A DNA stretch of 64,000 nt from the NCBI GenBank assembly GCA_002269645.1, contig NIVC01000575.1, positions 434,001 to 498,000 on the forward strand, given 5' to 3'. The stretch is from Macrostomum lignano. Its lineage: Eukaryota. Of the stretch, positions 1 through 39,106 are shown piece by piece. The position numbers were made by a program, and so were the translations under genes. The notes below the pieces were generated by a model. That model saw nothing but the letters and a program-made list of their open reading frames with translations. It made no database searches and had not been told where the DNA came from. Each line of letters begins with the position of its first letter. Position 1 is the first letter of the stretch.

Positions 1-160
1 ATCAGTTTATGAGTGAGATCATGAATGAGTTTATGAGTGATTTCATCAGTTTATGAGCGAGATCATCAGTTTATGAGTGAGATCATGAGTGAGTTTATGA
101 GTGATTTCATGAGTTTATGAGTGAGTTCATCAGTTTATGCGTGAGTTCATGAGAAGGTTC
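1..160. repeat. Degenerate about 17-bp minisatellite (ATCAGTTTATGAGTGAG)
   Basis: Visible tandem units upstream of the acceptor at 233. Confidence 0.85.
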
Positions 161-233
161 ATTAAATGCACGAGTGCGCTCCTATGAGCTGATTAGTGAG
201 CATTTCTAAACTCAACTTCTCCACAATTTCCAG

Positions 234-18198
<17,965 letters not shown>

Positions 18199-18506
18199 CC
18201 AAAACAGATCTGCTGGAGCTTCAACTGCAGCCGAGAGCGCCTCGTGAAGAATTGAATTGCGTTTTTTTCATATTTCATATTTTGGTTATGCTTATGCAAT
18301 TTTATACATTAATTAATATTCCTACTGATGAAGACTGCTTCTGCTAGTTTATGAATTTAAGAACCCTCTGTTCAGTAGCAATTCATGTTTAGTCCATATG
18401 TTAGTCTTGAATATTAAGCTTAACGAATGTCCATGTTCCATATTTATGAATTTATGAATTTCAACATTTGTTGCATGTACTGCTCTCAATAACTCTTCAC
18501 GCATAG

Positions 18507-18726
18507 TACACCTTTTCAAGTTCAATTTCGATCGGGGTCCAGTTCTAAAACAACTGGCGGAAATTCAATTCAGACTGAGGATAATTTTGTCTATGGCTAA
18601 ACCTTACTTCGGTCAGAATGTTTTGAGCTGGGGTTAGACTGGGCCCAGTCTAAATTGTCTGAATTGAATTTCCGCTAGTTTTTTTTGGAACTGGACTTTG
18701 ATCGAAATTGAACGTGAAAAGGTGTA
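18507..18726. mobile_element. MITE-like element with about 70-bp terminal inverted repeats and TA flanks (copy at 28609-28827)
   Basis: TA|CACCTTTTCA...CAGAC (18507-18575) is the reverse complement of GTCTG...TGAAAAGGTG|TA (18657-18726). An internal perfect 20-bp palindrome TTAGACTGGGCCCAGTCTAA lies at 18634-18653. Confidence 0.65.
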
Positions 18727-18747
18727 GAAACTTATTAATCTCTCGGC

Positions 18748-19765
18748 ACACCGGAAATGCCGCTAATCCATCTCCCAACAAACGGAAATGCCACTTATCC
18801 ATCTCCCAAAACACCGGAAATGACGCTAATCCATCCCAAAACACACCGGAAATGCCGCTAATCCATCTTCAAACACACCGGAAATGCGGCTAATCCATCC
18901 CAAAACACACCGGAAATGCCGCTTATCCATCTCCAAAAACACCGTAAGTGCCGCTAATCCATCTTCCAAAACACTGGAAGTGCCGCTAATCCATCTTCAA
19001 ACACACCGGAAATGCGGCTAATCCATCCCAAAACACTCCGGAAATGCCGCTTATCCATCTCCCAAAACACCGGAAGTGCCGCTAATCCATCTCCCAAAAC
19101 ATCGGAAGTGCCGCTAATCCATCTCCCAAAACACCGGAAGTGCCGCTAATCCATCCCAAAACACATCGGAAATGCCGCTAATCCATCTTCAAACACCGGA
19201 AATGCGGCTAATCCATCCCAAAACACACCGGAAATGCCGCTAATCCATCTTCAAACACCGGAAATGCGGCTAATCCATCCCAAAACACACCGGAAATGCT
19301 GCTAATCCATCTCCCAAAACACCGGAAGTGCCGCTAATCCATCCCAAAACACACCGGAAATGCCGCTAATCCATCTTCAAACACCGGAAATGCGGCTAAT
19401 CCATCCCAAAACACATCGGAAATGCCGCTAATCCATCTTCAAACACCGGAAATGCGGCTAATCCATCCCAAAACACATCGGAAATGCCGCTAATCCATCT
19501 TCAAACACCGGAAATGCGGCTAATCCATCCCAAAACACACCGGAAATGCCGCTAATCCATCTTCAAACACCGGAAATGCGGCTAATCCATCCCAAAACAC
19601 ACCGGAAATGCCGCTAATCCATCTTCAAACACCGGAAATGCGGCTAATCCATCCCAAAACACACCGGAAATGCCGCTAATCCATCTTCAAACACCGGAAA
19701 TGCGGCTAATCCATCCCAAAACACACCGGAAATGCCGCTAATCCATCTCCCAAAACACCGGAAAC
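18748..19765. repeat. 30-32-bp minisatellite CCGGAAATGCCGCTAATCCATCCCAAAACACA (copy at about 28849-29866)
   Basis: About 32 units with alternating variants. Confidence 0.95.
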
Positions 19766-20484
19766 GCAGCGGCATATGATTTGCATATTAATAAAAAATT
19801 GCATACGAATACAGCGCCAAGTCACTAAATTAACATTTGTCTTTCATTTTTGCCGCAAAAAGCAGTTGTTTGCCGCTGCATCACTAATAATACGCGTACT
19901 CTGTTATAAGCATAATTATGATTAATCTCGTATAAACCACTACTTGTGCTGCTATTTGCATGTGGAAAGGATCAAAAACTTATTATTTCACAGGTACAGT
20001 ATGATGAGCATTGTGCATGCATGAGTACAATTATAAATTAATAAACGCATAGGAATTAAGCGCCGAAGTTAAAATATTGAAGAATATGGGCAATAACAAA
20101 TTGCCACGTTTCTCCATTTTTATTTGACAGCAATTTATGACAGTATATATATGTTTACTCAAGTTACATATATACTGATATATCTGCATTAGTTTACGCC
20201 AATATTTATTAGTGCATGTGCACTTTTGAGACAAATAAATTATAGGAAGCCGCGACCACCTGCCCGCCTCCAATAAATACATAATCGAGGGCAAAAATCA
20301 GAGTTAATGACAACTGGAATAAAAAGTTAATAGAAGACCAAAATAACTAATTTGTTTGAATAAGCGATGTCGCTGGACATTTGTTATAACCAGCAGGGGT
20401 AAATAAGTTGAAAATTATAAAAGAAAACAAATCCTTTGTTACTGAAACTGCATAAATTTATTGTCATAAATATATATAAGAGTA

Positions 20485-21020
20485 CCATATCTTTCACACC
20501 TGTCCCCTTATCTTTGACACCTGTCCCCTTATCTTTGACACCTGTCCCCTTATCTTTGACACCTGTCCCCTTATCTTTGATACCTATCCCCTTATCTTTG
20601 ACACCTGTCCCCTTATCTTTCACACCTGTCCCCTTATCTTTGACACTTGTCCCCTTATCTTTGACACCTGTCCCCTTATCTTTGACACCTGTCCCCTTAT
20701 CTTTGACACCTGTCCCCTTATCTTTGACACTTGTCCCCTTATCTTTGATACCTGTCCCCTTATCTTTGACACCTGTCCCCTTGTCTTTGACACCTGTCCC
20801 CTTATCTTTGACACCTGTCCCCTTATCTTTGACACCTGTCCCCTTATCTTTGACACCTGTCCCCTTATCTTTGACACCTGTCCCCTTATCTTTGACACTT
20901 GTCCCCTTATCTTTGATACCTGTCCCTATATCTTTCACACCTGTCCCTATATCTTTCACAGCTGTCCCTATATCTTTCACAGCTGTCCCTATATCTTTCA
21001 CAGCTGTCCCCTTATCTTTC
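20485..21020. repeat. 21-bp minisatellite GACACCTGTCCCCTTATCTTT (copy at about 30586-31121)
   Basis: About 25 units. Confidence 0.95.
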
Positions 21021-21217
21021 CCGCATTTTCAATGACGGACTAATCGTTTACAGTAGATAGGAAGCTAACCTATAATATAGTATTTAGAAAGCATTACTAA
21101 TAGTAATTAAGAATTGACTGAATAAAAACATAGCCAATAACAAGGCGGAGAGCTGAAGTATTACACTGTTAATTTAATTAATCGGTATGATTAATATTAT
21201 TGAATCAACCAGAAGTG

Positions 21218-31305
<10,088 letters not shown>

Positions 31306-31319
<14 letters not shown>

Positions 31320-31791
31320 CGGCCGCGGTCCCGCTAGCACTAGCCGCCGACGGCTTAGCCTCCAGCCGGATGTGCAAAGCAGATTTCAGTCGCTGCCGCT
31401 GCTGCTGCCCCTGGGCGTCCTCATTCAGCTCGTGCAGCAGTCGGTCTGTACAAGCTACGGTGGAGGTGTACACAGCCGGCTGGCTGGTCAGCTCATCGGC
31501 CAGCTGCAGGGCCAGATTGGCCGCTCTGGGCACAGCGGCGCCGAGCCCGTGCACCCAGCACAGGTGAGGCGGCCGGCGGAGCAGCCTGCGGCAGCGCAGC
31601 AGCTGGGCTGGGAAGTTGGTTCGCTTAGTCACGTAGACATCGAATCCGCGCTGCGGCAGGCGGGGAGGCAGGCAGGAGATCAGGCGGGACTCCTCGGCGT
31701 CCATTAGGTCGGCTAGGGGATTCTCTTTGGCCGCGGCGGCTGCGGCGTCGGGAGTCGGCGAGGTGGCGACGGGCTTGGCTGATGAGCTCAT
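31306..31791 (-). CDS. POP7: Ribonuclease P/MRP subunit Rpp20 (Alba-like), intronless
   Basis: LPPRLPQRGFDVYVTKRTNFPAQLLRCRRLL...WVHGLGAAVPRAANLALQL...TSTV...RLKSALHIRL matches the Rpp20 pattern. The first ATG (MSSSAKP) is at 31791. Confidence 0.9.
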
Positions 31792-31898
31792 GCCGAGTGC
31801 AACGATTCTAAGAGTTGATGGATTGATTATCACTGGGGATCAATGGAGATTATTTGGAACTGTTTATGATTTTCGGTAGACACTCGGGACACCAGAAT

Positions 31899-32899
31899 TC
31901 ACAGGGTGCCTCTTGGAAGACTGAACGATAGGCGATCGCCAAGCTCGCCCCAGGTGGGCCGGTACACCTGCGGGGGTTGCGACGGAGAGTGCGGGTGGTT
32001 TAAGAAATTCTGCAATAGATCAGAGAGCAAGAGATTAGATTAGGGGGAGAGATCAGAGAGCAAGAGATTAGATTAAGGCGAGAGATCAGAGAGCAAGAGA
32101 TTATATTAAGGCGAGAGATCAGAGAGCAAGAGATTATATTAAGGCGAGAGATCAGAGAGCAAGAGATTATATTAAGGCGAGAGATCAGAGAGCAAGAGAT
32201 TAGATTAAGGCGAGAGATCAGAGAGCAAGAGATTAGATTAAGGCGAGAGATCAGAGAGCAAGAGATTAGATTAAGGCGAGAGATCAGAGAGCAAGAGATT
32301 ATATTAAGGCGAGAGATCAGAGAGCAAGAGATTATATTAAGGCGAGAGATCAGAGAGCAAGAGATTAGATTAAGGCGAGAGATCAGAGAGCAAGAGATTA
32401 GATTAGCGAGAGAGATCAGAGATCAGAGAGCACGAGATTAGATTAGCGAGAGAGATCAGAGATAACGAGATTAGATTAGCGAGAGAGATCAGAGATCAGA
32501 GAGCACGAGATTAGATTAGCGAGAGAGATTAAACCAAGGGAGAGATCAGACATCAAGCTATAGACTGGGCAGTGGTTACTAAAGGAAAGATCAAATAGAA
32601 TAAGAGACCAATGGTATATATAAAGTTAAAAACTATAAAGACTAAAAAAGCATTGCACACACCTGATACACGCAGAACCAGGTAAGCAGTGCCACAGTCC
32701 AGATGGCGCTGCCAATGCCGCTAATAATAACCAGACGCCGGATCTGCGCCTGTTCCGGATAGGCCGGCGCTAGGAAGGCCTCGCGAAAAAACCAAGCAAA
32801 GTTGGTTAGCCAAAGGAATGGCAATAGGAATGCGCCGCCGATAGTGTATTTGCGACAGATGTTGAGCTTGTCAGCACCGCTAGCCTTAGATAGATCCAT
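31899..32899 (-). CDS. PSENEN: Gamma-secretase subunit PEN-2; exons 32899-32663 and 31967-31899
   Basis: MDLSK...KLNICRKYTIGGAFLLPFLWLTNFAWFFREAF...YPEQAQIRR is joined by a phase-0 GT/AG intron to VYRPTWGELGDRLSFSLPRGTL*. Confidence 0.93.
32015..32530. repeat. About 33-bp minisatellite in the PEN-2 intron
   Basis: GAGAGATCAGAGAGCAAGAGATTAGATTAAGGC units. Confidence 0.93.
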
Positions 32900-32929
32900 G
32901 CGCCTGCGGGAGTGGCGGCGCCGGCGGCT

Positions 32930-33740
32930 TAGGGGCGATGCTCATGGATGTTTCGGGGCGATGCTCATGGATGCTTAGGGGCGATGCTCATGGATGCTTA
33001 GGGGCGATGCTCATGGATGCTTAGGGGCGATGCTCATGGGTGTTTAGGTGGACGATTCTCATGGATGCTTAGGGGCGATGCTCATGGATGTTTAGGAGGA
33101 CGATTCTCATGGATGCTTAGGGGCGATGCTCATGGATGCTTAGGGGCGATGCTCATGGATGTTTAGGAGGACGATTCTCATGGATGCTTAGGGGCGATGC
33201 TCATGGATGCTTAGGGGCGATGCTCATGGATGTTTAGGTGGACGATTCTCATGGATGCTTAGGGGCGATGCTCATGGATGTTTAGGTGGACGATTCTCAT
33301 GGATGCTTAGGGGCGCTGCTCATGGGTGTTTAGGTGGACGATTCTCATGGATGCTTAGGGGCGATGCTCATGGATGTTTTGGGGCGATGCTCATGGATGC
33401 TTAGGGGCGATGCTCATGGATGCTTAGGGGCGATGCTCATGGATGCTTAGGGGCGATGCTCATGGGTGTTTAGGTGGACGATTCTCATGGATGCTTAGGG
33501 GCGCTGCTCATGGGTGTTTAGGTGGACGATTCTCATGGATGCTTAGGGGCGATGCTCATGGGTGTTTAGGTGGACGATTCTCATGGATGCTTAGGGGCGC
33601 TGCTCATGGGTGTTTAGGTGGACGATTCTCATGGATGCTTAGGGGCGATGCTCATGGGTGTTTAGGTGGACGATTCTCATGGATGCTTAGGGTGATTCTC
33701 ATGGATGTTTAGGGTGATTTTCATGGATGTTTAGGGGCGA
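32930..33740. repeat. 23/25-bp two-unit minisatellite between RPL13A and PEN-2
   Basis: TTAGGGGCGATGCTCATGGATGC and TTAGGTGGACGATTCTCATGGATGC units. Confidence 0.95.
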
Positions 33741-33956
33741 TCCTACTAAGCCTAAATACTAAAAAGGAAACAAAAAAGAAGAAACACAAAAGACGACAAA
33801 CTGTTCAGCGTATTTTGTAATTTTTTTACTCCAACACGAGCGGCACAGACACTTGTCTCTATCGACACACAGAAGTTTCAGTCTGCGAGTCTGTCAGCAA
33901 TCATGACGCACTGTCACAATTCGAATCTCTAAGAATCCATTCACAAATCCAGCCGT

Positions 33957-35369
33957 TCACTTGTGCCCGTAGGACTCGATAATCTTCTGATACTTGGCCA
34001 CCCGATCCTTGACCTTCTCGACGGCCTTGGAGCGAAGCTGGCGGTCGCGCAGCTGGCGCTTGTGAAAGTGAGCCGATTTCACCTTGCGCCTGCGCTCCAG
34101 GGTGCCAATTACGCCCTGGTATTTCCAGCCGACCTCGTGCGACAGGCGGCCGAGGACGCAGAACTTGCGGCGGGTCTTCAGCCGGAGGCACTTGAGCGCC
34201 GACGGCACCACCTGACGCTTGGCCTTGTCGTAAGGGCTGGGGATGCCCTCGAACACCTGGATGTGTGTGACGGCGGGTGTTGCGAAGCGATGGTGATACA
34301 ATTTCGGAGGAATCCGGGAGGGGATGCTAAGGATGGAGAATCGGGGAATTAAGAGATGCTGAAGATGGAGAACAGGGGAGGGGAATCTGAGGATGGAGAA
34401 TCGGAGAGGGGATGTAGGTGTTGGAGAGCCGGGGAGGGGAATCTGACGATGGAGAATAAGAGAGGGGATGCAGGTGATGGAGAGCCGGGGAGGGGAATCT
34501 GAGGATGGAGAATCGGAGAGAGGATGCAGCTGATGGAGAACAGAAGAGGGGAATATAACGATGGAGAATAAGAGAGGGGATGCAGGTGATGGAGAGCCGG
34601 GGAGGGGAATCTGATGATGGAGAATCGGAGAGGGGATGCAGGTGATGGAGAGCCGGGGAGGGGAATCTGACGATGGAGAATCGGAGAGGGATGCAGGTGA
34701 TGGAGAGCCGGGGAGGGGAATCTGATGATGAATCTGACGATGGAGAATAAGAGAGGGGATGCAGGTGATGGAGAGCCGGGGAGGGGAATCTGAGGATGAG
34801 AATAAGAGAGGGGATGCAGGTGATGGAGAGCCGGGGAGGGGAATCTGAAGATGGATAATCGGAGAGAGAAGGCAGCTTATGCAGCTGATGGAGAACCGGG
34901 GAGGGGAATCTGAGGATGGAGAATCCATGAGGATGGAGGATGGGGATGGAGGGGATCATGGATGGAGGGATGAGGATGGAGGGGATGATGCGGATGCAGA
35001 ATCGGAGAGGGGATGCAGCGGATAGAGAATGGGGCCAGACATGGAACAGCTGCTCACCTTCAAACGGTCAAGAGCCTCGGCGCCCCTGGCGAGCTTGTGC
35101 GGCAGCATGCCCCGCACGGTGCGCCAGAAGATCTTAGACGGGGCGCGGAAGTGGTACGGTCCCCGACTGGGTTTAGTGTTAAGCCGCTTGCGCAGAAACT
35201 CGTGGTAGCGAGTCTTGTTGCGAAAGAAGGAGCCGGATATGTTGATGCCCTCGCAGCGGACAACTACAACCCGCTGGCCGAGGAGCAGCGTCTTGGCGAC
35301 CACGGCAGCCAGACGGCCGAGAAGGTGGCCGCGAGCGTCGATAATCAACGGGCTGGATTTGAATCCCAT
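33957..35369 (-). CDS. RPL13A: 60S ribosomal protein L13a (uL13); exons 35369-35058 and 34256-33957
   Basis: [18 protein letters not shown]...[23 protein letters not shown] is followed by a phase-0 intron and [11 protein letters not shown]...[12 protein letters not shown]. Confidence 0.96.
34330..35030. repeat. Purine-rich minisatellite in the RPL13A intron
   Basis: GATGGAGAGCCGGGGAGGGGAATCTGA and GATGGAGAATCGGAGAGGGGATGCAGGT units. Confidence 0.9.
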
Positions 35370-35529
35370 TGCGGCATGCAGTTGGGAGTTTTTTTAGGTT
35401 GGATTTGTATAGGAATCAAAGTTAGTGAGCTGTGCGGCAGTGGCTGCCTTTAGCAGATAAGCTCTATTTCTACTAACTATAAAAAAGCACATCAGATAAA
35501 CCAAAGGCTGAGTAGACAAAACTAAAAGA

Positions 35530-38120
35530 CCAGAGGATAAGCCACAGGACCAATAGGAGAAGGCGGGTAAGCCACAGGGCCAATAGGAGAAGGCGGGTAA
35601 GCCACAGGACTAATAGAAGGCGGGTAAGCCACAGGACCAATAGGAGAAGGCGGGTAAGCCATAGGACCAATAGGAGAAGGCGGGTAAGCCACAGGAACAA
35701 TAGTAGAAGGCGGGTAAGCCACAGGACCAATAGAAGGCGGGTAAGCCACAGGACCAATAGGAGAAGGCGGGTATGCCACAGGACCAATAGAAGAAGGCGG
35801 GTAAGCCACAGGACCAATAGAAGAAGGCGGGTAAGCCACAGGACCAATAGGAGAAGGCGGGTAAGCCACAGGACCAATATGAGAAGGCGGGTAAGCCACA
35901 GGACCAATAGGAGAAGGCGGGTAAGCCACAGGACTAATAGGAGAAGGCGGGTAAGCCACAGGACCAATAGGAGAAGGCGGGTATGCCACAGGACCAATAG
36001 GAGAAGGCGGGTAAGCCACAGGACCAATAGAAGGCGGGTAAGCCACAGGACCAATAGAAGAAGGCGGGTAAGCCACAGGACCAATAGGAGAAGGCGGGTA
36101 AGCCACAGGACCAATAGGAGAAGGCGGGTAAGCCACAGGACCAATAGGAGAAGGCGGGTAAGCCACAGGACCAATAGAAGGCGGGTAAGCCACAGGACCA
36201 ATAGAAGAAGGCGGGTAAGCCACAGGACCAATAGGAGAAGGCGGGTAAGCCACAGGACCAATAGGAGAAGGCGGGTATGCCACAGGACCAATAGGAGAAG
36301 GCGGGTAAGCCACAGGACCAATAGAAGGCGGGTAAGCCACAGGACCAATAGAAGAAGGCGGGTAAGCCACAGGACCAATAGGAGAAGGCGGGTAAGCCAC
36401 AGGACCAATAGGAGAAGGCGGGTATGCCACAGGACCAATAGGAGAAGGCGGGTAAGCCACAGGACTAATAGGAGAAGGCGGGTAAGCCACAGGACCAATA
36501 GGAGAAGGCGGGTATGCCACAGGACCAATAGGAGAAGGCGGGTAAGCCACAGGACCAATAGAAGGCGGGTAAGCCACAGGACCAATAGAAGAAGGCGGGT
36601 AAGCCACAGGACCAATAGAAGAAGGCGGGTAAGCCACAGGACCAATAGGAGAAGGCGGGTAAGCCACAGGACCAATATGAGAAGGCGGGTAAGCCACAGG
36701 ACCAATAGGAGAAGGCGGGTAAGCCACAGGACTAATAGGAGAAGGCGGGTAAGCCACAGGACCAATAGGAGAAGGCGGGTATGCCACAGGACCAATAGGA
36801 GAAGGCGGGTAAGCCACAGGACCAATAGAAGGCGGGTAAGCCACAGGACCAATAGAAGAAGGCGGGTAAGCCACAGGACCAATAGGAGAAGGCGGGTAAG
36901 CCACAGGACCAATAGGAGAAGGCGGGTAAGCCACAGGACCAATAGGAGAAGGCGGGTAAGCCACAGGACCAATAGAAGGCGGGTAAGCCACAGGACCAAT
37001 AGAAGAAGGCGGGTAAGCCACAGGACCAATAGGAGAAGGCGGGTAAGCCACAGGACCAATAGAAGGCGGGTAAGCCACAGGACCAATAGAAGGCGGGTAA
37101 GCCACAGGACCAATAGGAGAAGGCGGGTAAGCCACAGGACCAATAGGAGAAGGCGGGTGGGTAAGCCACATGGCCAATAGGTGAAGGTGGGTAAGCCACA
37201 GGACCAATAGAAGGCGGGTAAGCCACAGGACCAATAGGAGAAGGCGGATAAGCCACAGGACCAATAGGAGAAGGCGGGTAAGCCACAGGACCAATAGGAG
37301 AAGGCGGGTAAGCCACAGGACCAATAGAAGGCGGGTAAGCCACAGGACCAATAGGAGAAGGCGGGTAAGCCACAGGACCAATAGGAGAAGGCGGGTAAGC
37401 CACAACACCAATAGGAGAAGGCGGGTAAGCCACAGGACCAATAGAAGGCGGGTAAGCCACAGGACTAATAGGAGAAGGCGGATAAGCCACAGGACCAATA
37501 GGAGAAGGCGGGTAAGCCACAGGACCAATAGAAGGCGGGTAAGCCACAGGACCAATAGGAGAAGGCGGGTAAGCCACAGGACCAATAGGAGAAGGCGGGT
37601 GGGTAAGCCACAGGGCCAATAGGAGAAGGTGGGTAAGCCACAGGACCAATAGAAGGCGGGTAAGCCACAGGACCAATAGGAGAAGGTGGATAAGCCACAG
37701 GACCAATAGGAGAAGGCGGGTGGGTAAGCCACAGGGCCAATAGGAGAAGGTGGGTAAGCCACAGGACCAATAGAAGGCGGGTAAGCCACAGGACCAATAG
37801 AAGGCGGGTAAGCCACAGGACCAATAGGAGAAGGCGGGTGGGTAAGCCACAAGACTAATAGGAGAAGGCGGATAAGCCACAGGACCAATAGGAGAAGGGG
37901 GTGGGTAAGCCGCAGGACCAATAGGAGAAGGCGGGTAAGCCACAGGACCAATAGGAGAAGGGGGTAAGCCACAGGACCAATAGGAGAAGGCGGATAAGCC
38001 ACAGGACCAATAGGAGAAGGCGGGTGGGTAAGCCACAGGACCAATAGGAGAAGGCGGGTGGGTAAGCCACAGGACCAATAGGAGAAGGCGGGTAAGCCAC
38101 AGGACCAATAGGAGAAGGCG
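35530..38120. repeat. 2.6-kb 27/30/34-bp minisatellite GTAAGCCACAGGACCAATAGGAGAAGGCGG
   Basis: Roughly 85 units between KARS and RPL13A. Confidence 0.98.
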
Positions 38121-39106
38121 CATATGCCAAATGATTGTAACACCTATCTGTAAACTTTCTTTGCCAGCTCTAGTAGTTAAATTAATGAAAATGCAGTTAA
38201 AATCCATAGAAATAACAGTAAGTCAAAGTCAACAATGGTTTCCTACGCCAGACAACAGGTCAGAGAGTCCGTTGCATTGCTTTCATACTTGGACAACTCA
38301 GTCAGCAACAATCAAACCTGACAAGTGATTTTTTTCATCCAATCAAATAGGAGCACACGCACAAAAATGGCCATAGATTCTGGCCCAGAAGAGAAAAACA
38401 ATAGGCATTAATATATTATAATTATGAATATCGAATTGCAGGAGAAGTGTGTGTAAATTCATGGCGGCTCGAATATATGATAGATTAATAAACTCACTCA
38501 ATTAATTATGTTAAAGTGAACGCAAACAAACCGGTGATAACTAAGGGAAGCAAAATGGTTAAAATTAGATTCTATATATGGAGAAAGAGCAGGCAACAAA
38601 GGAAGCTAACACACAAGCACACATTCTAGACAATAAATTTAATAGTGTAAGCAATTCAGCTAAGGGGAAGAAGTGCGCAACTTCTCAAATTTTGATTTCT
38701 TATGTCTAGAAATAACAGTTTATTTTTTTCCATTGCATTCCTAGTGCGCAGAGAGAAACTTTGAATGTGTGAACCAAAAAGATAAACAAAATAAACAATA
38801 AGCAAGAAAAATAGCCGGACGAAAATCACAGAGTATTCACCCCAGAAACACGAGAAAACGCGGCTCAGGTAGGACGGGATGCTTTTGTTTCTTAGAAAAT
38901 GTTTACTCATCCTAGTTGGACACACATTGTGATTAAAAGTTTTTTATCTTAGAGACAAAACAGCCTTCAAAAGTATTTGGTTCTAAGAAACAAAGAATTC
39001 CGCCTGTCTACACCAGCCGTCTTTCATAGAACAAATAAAAGCGGTTAACGTGTTCAATTCAGCTACTGACAGTAGTTTCATTGCAAACAAATACGATAGT
39101 AGTTGT

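Noticed and set aside
35345-35377. Out-of-frame ATG 8 nt upstream of the RPL13A start (10-codon overlapping uORF)
   Set aside because: The transcript 5' end is unknown, so it may not be in the mRNA.
35473-38207. 873-aa (YPPSPIGPVA)n, 556-aa and Arg-rich 433-aa ORFs
   Set aside because: Several frames are open simply because the unit lacks stops. 34-bp variants shift the frame, starts are mostly non-ATG, and there are no unique flanking domains.
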